Part shown: positions 16,788 through 20,000 of the stretch, in pieces
Layout: every line of letters starts with the position of its first letter
Position numbering within the stretch: position 1 is the first letter of the stretch
Sequence record: SRR31156797_826
DNA length: 20,000 nucleotides
Direction: 5' to 3' (one strand)
Position numbers and translations under genes: made by a program
The notes under the pieces: model-generated
The model's database searches: none
Told to the model about the DNA's origin: nothing
What the model saw: the letters and a program-made list of their open reading frames with translations, nothing else

Positions 16788-17708
16788 CTATTTTGATAGG
16801 TCTACTTTGCCTGTGAGGTCAGAGAGATTATCTATATCATTCTCCTCAAGGAAAGTCTCAAGGTCATCGATAATATTCAGCGGAATCTGAGGATCGACAA
16901 AGTTCACAGTACCAACCTGCATAGCGGAAGCCCCTACCAGAGAGAACTCCACGACATCCTGCCAGTTAGTTATACCGCCAATTCCCATGATAGGAATCTT
17001 GACAGTGTTATATGTTTCATGAACCATCCTGACAGCAACAGGCTTGATAGCCGGACCTGAAAGTCCGCCTGTAACGTTAGAGATGTAAGGTTTTCTGGTG
17101 TTTATGTTGATAGCCATACCTAGGAGTGTGTTGATCGCACTAATAGCGTCAGCACCGCCGTCCTCGCAAGCTTTTGCAAATACTCTTATGTTGGTCACGT
17201 TCGGGCTGAGCTTAACCATAAGCGGCTTATTTTTGAGAACATTTTTAACTTCGCTGGTAACTCTTAGGGTCATATCAGGGTCAGTTCCGAAGGCGATACC
17301 ACCCTCTTTTATATTTGGACAGGAGATATTCATCTCAAGCATATCTACATCTTCACCGTCGAGGATTTTCGCTACCTCAACATATTCCTCAAGGGTTTTA
17401 CCCCAGAAGTTTACGATTACTTTTGTGTCGTGTTTACGGAGCGCAGGGAGTTTCTCTTTCAGAAAGCGTTTGATACCAACATTTTGAAGACCGATGGCAT
17501 TAAGCATACCTGATGTAGTCTCCATAATCCTAGGCATAGGATTACCCTGAACCTCATCGAGCGAGATACCTTTAACTGATATACCGCCGAGCTTGCTTAT
17601 ATCAACGTGCTTGGCATACTCCAGCCCATAGCCGAATGTACCACTCGCAGGGATAATCGGGTTCTTAAACTCTACACCACAAAATGTTGTCTTTAATCTA
17701 TTACTCAT
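16788..17708 (-). CDS. pyrD: Dihydroorotate dehydrogenase class 1B, catalytic subunit
   Basis: ASGTFG, NAIGLQN, NISCPN, VKLSPN and GGLSGPAIKP motifs. Confidence 0.97.
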   Translation of the reverse strand: MSNRLKTTFCGVEFKNPIIPASGTFGYGLEYAKHVDISKLGGISVKGISLDEVQGNPMPRIMETTSGMLNAIGLQNVGIKRFLKEKLPALRKHDTKVIVNFWGKTLEEYVEVAKILDGEDVDMLEMNISCPNIKEGGIAFGTDPDMTLRVTSEVKNVLKNKPLMVKLSPNVTNIRVFAKACEDGGADAISAINTLLGMAININTRKPYISNVTGGLSGPAIKPVAVRMVHETYNTVKIPIMGIGGITNWQDVVEFSLVGASAMQVGTVNFVDPQIPLNIIDDLETFLEENDIDNLSDLTGKVDLSK

Positions 17709-17797
17709 CAGTAAACTCCATAAACTAAATCAGCTTTCCAACGGAAAGCGTTAAACTAGGATGCACAAAGAGTCCTCTCTTAATATACCCCAAGGTG

Positions 17798-18574
17798 CTA
17801 ACCTTGCCAGACTACTTTTGAGCCGTCAAAGACAGGTCCTTCCACACAGCACCTCTTCTGAACGACTTCGTCACCCTCTTTTACATAGATGATACAGCCT
17901 AAGCATGCGCCGAGCCCGCAAGCCATTCTCTCATCGAGAGATACCTCAACAGGAAGCTCAGCTTTAACAGATATCTCGCTGACAACTCTAAGCATTCCTT
18001 TAGGACCACAACCATACACCATATCGTATGAAACTATATTTTCAGAGAAGGGTTCAGTAACCAGACCTTTGATTCCTGCGGAACCGTCATCGGTTGTAAC
18101 TATCAGATGATCAGTGATCTCCTTCAGCTCTTCGAGCATAACAACGTCATCAACTGTGCGACCGCCGTAGTAAAGGTCAACAACACAGCCACGCTCTTTC
18201 AGAGTTTTCGCCAGCCAGTAAACAGGTGCGATACCTATACCACCGGCAAGGAGTGCTGTGCGCTGATTTTCAACCAGGGAAAATGTACTGCCGAGGGGAG
18301 CGGAGAATGATATAATCTCCCCCTTTCTCATCTCACTAAGCTGACGTGTTCCCTTTCCAACTATCATGTATATAAGAGTAAATTTTGAACCGTTAATATC
18401 AGCGATACCGAGCGGTCTTCTGAGTAGCGGGTCATTTGTATAATCCTGATGACGTGTGTTTATCATCAGAAACTGACCAACTTTTGCCTCACGGACAAAT
18501 TCCTCACTTTTAATCTCAAGCAGGTAATACTTGTCGTTAATCTTCTGGTTGCGGACGATTTTACCTTCCATCAT
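17798..18574 (-). CDS. pyrK: Dihydroorotate dehydrogenase electron-transfer subunit
   Basis: LRRP, GGIGIAP, CGP, and the [2Fe-2S] motif MACGLGACLGC...C.EGPVF. Adjacent to pyrD. Confidence 0.95.
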   Translation of the reverse strand: MMEGKIVRNQKINDKYYLLEIKSEEFVREAKVGQFLMINTRHQDYTNDPLLRRPLGIADINGSKFTLIYMIVGKGTRQLSEMRKGEIISFSAPLGSTFSLVENQRTALLAGGIGIAPVYWLAKTLKERGCVVDLYYGGRTVDDVVMLEELKEITDHLIVTTDDGSAGIKGLVTEPFSENIVSYDMVYGCGPKGMLRVVSEISVKAELPVEVSLDERMACGLGACLGCIIYVKEGDEVVQKRCCVEGPVFDGSKVVWQG

Positions 18575-20000
18575 TTACCCCTTATAGTATTCCTGAATCG
18601 GAGTCACATCTACACCTTTCTGGCTCGCTTTAATAGCGATTATAGAGGCGTTAGCTGCCTCTATAGATGTAACATAAGGTACGCTGTAGTTAAGCATTGC
18701 ACGCCTGATAGACTCTCCGTCAAGACGTGACTTTTTACCTTCCGGAATGTTTATAACAAAAGCAATTTTATCATTCTTAATCTTATCAACGATGTTAGGT
18801 CTTACACCTTCGTGTACTTTTGCGACCTTCTCAACCTCAAGACCGTTTTCAATAAGAAATTTATATGTACCTGAAGTAGAAATCAATCCGAAACCAAGCC
18901 CCTGAAGCTCTTTTGCGATAGTAAGCATTTCAGATTTTGCATCGTCTCTCACACTGATGAAAACAAGTCCTTTCTTAGGGAGCTTATTACCAGCAGCGAG
19001 CTGAGCCTTATACTGAGCCGCACCGTAATCAGCATCGATACCCATAACTTCGCCCGTGGACTTCATCTCAGGTCCGAGAACAACGTCTGTTCCAGGGAAT
19101 TTCACGAATGGGAATACGGATTCTTTTACAGTATGATAGTTAATATCAACCTCTTTTGTAAAACCGAGGTCTTTGAGCTTAGCACCGGCCATAACTCTTG
19201 CAGCCATCTTAGCGAGCGGAACACCTATGGATTTTGATACATAAGGTATGGTTCTGGAAGCTCTCGGGTTAACCTCAAGCATGTATATAACGTCATCTTT
19301 AATAGCGTACTGGATGTTCATAAGTCCAATAACATTAAGCTCTTTCGCTATCTGCTTTGTCTTTTCCATAAGCTGAGCTCTAACATCTTCTGAGATAGTC
19401 CTTGTAGGGATAGAACAAGCTGAGTCACCAGAGTGAACACCCGCCTCTTCGATGTGCTGCATGATAGAACCGATAACACATGTCTCTCCGTCACTGATGG
19501 AGTCAACGTCCACCTCAGTAGCGTGGAGAAGGTATTTATCGATAAGTACAGGATGATCTTCACTAGCTTTAACAGCGTAAACCATATAGTTTTCAAGTGA
19601 TTCCCTGTCGAAAACAATCTCCATCGCACGCCCGCCTAGAACGTATGAAGGACGAACAACAACAGGATAGCCGATCTCGTCAGCGATTGCATATGCCTCT
19701 TCAGCTGCCTTAGCAATACCGTTTGCAGGCTGTTTGATGTCGAGTTTATGCATGAGCTCCTTAAATCTCTCTCTGTCCTCTGCGCAGTCGATGCTGTCTG
19801 GGGATGTGCCGAGTATAGGAGCGCCAGCTTTCTCAAGTGGAACCGCGAGTTTTAGAGGTGTCTGACCACCAAACTGAACGATGATACCGTCAGGCTTCTC
19901 TTTCTCTACAATATTTAAAACGTGCTCTCTTGTGAGAGGCTCGAAGTAAAGTCTGTCTGATGTGTCGTAGTCTGTTGAAACTGTCTCAGGGTTACAGTTA
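18575..20000 (-). CDS. carB: Carbamoyl-phosphate synthase large subunit, 3' part (starts beyond the right edge)
   Basis: The frame stays open to the window edge (NCNPETVSTDYD..LYFEPL..QFGGQTP). Also VRPSYVLGG, GVHSGDS, EVNPRASRT, GPEMKSTGE and the MGS domain. Confidence 0.98.
   Translation of the reverse strand, partial: NCNPETVSTDYDTSDRLYFEPLTREHVLNIVEKEKPDGIIVQFGGQTPLKLAVPLEKAGAPILGTSPDSIDCAEDRERFKELMHKLDIKQPANGIAKAAEEAYAIADEIGYPVVVRPSYVLGGRAMEIVFDRESLENYMVYAVKASEDHPVLIDKYLLHATEVDVDSISDGETCVIGSIMQHIEEAGVHSGDSACSIPTRTISEDVRAQLMEKTKQIAKELNVIGLMNIQYAIKDDVIYMLEVNPRASRTIPYVSKSIGVPLAKMAARVMAGAKLKDLGFTKEVDINYHTVKESVFPFVKFPGTDVVLGPEMKSTGEVMGIDADYGAAQYKAQLAAGNKLPKKGLVFISVRDDAKSEMLTIAKELQGLGFGLISTSGTYKFLIENGLEVEKVAKVHEGVRPNIVDKIKNDKIAFVINIPEGKKSRLDGESIRRAMLNYSVPYVTSIEAANASIIAIKASQKGVDVTPIQEYYKG

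Noticed and set aside
18575-19753. 392-aa ORF as a separate or truncated carB (pseudogene)
   Set aside because: The frame stays open to the window edge with conserved CarB sequence, so the truncation is a window artefact.

Overview
Mostly housekeeping DNA from a bacterium; the gene content and order suggest an anaerobe of Deferribacterota or deltaproteobacterial type (inference only). From left to right: (1) a minus-strand operon of lipoprotein, ArgA-like GNAT, pmbA, prfB (no frameshift) and alr (partial); (2) a divergent pyrR-pyrB-pyrC operon with a leader terminator; (3) a FecBCD/BtuFCD-type ABC importer divergent from a C-GCAxxG-C-C protein; (4) a minus-strand block carB (partial)-pyrK-pyrD followed by hom-apgM-lysC-cimA. 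The unusual signals are intergenic. An orphan TTGACA-N16-TATAAT promoter drives a predicted ~160-nt non-coding RNA ending in a long hairpin with a CCUCCUCCC anti-Shine-Dalgarno loop. A family of degenerate MITE/REP-like elements with TA-flanked terminal inverted repeats occurs in three intergenic regions. The pyrR leader has an attenuator but no recognisable PyrR-binding loop. lysC has an internal start for a beta subunit. The pyr operon is split into two convergent halves. All calls were made by eye, with no database searches.
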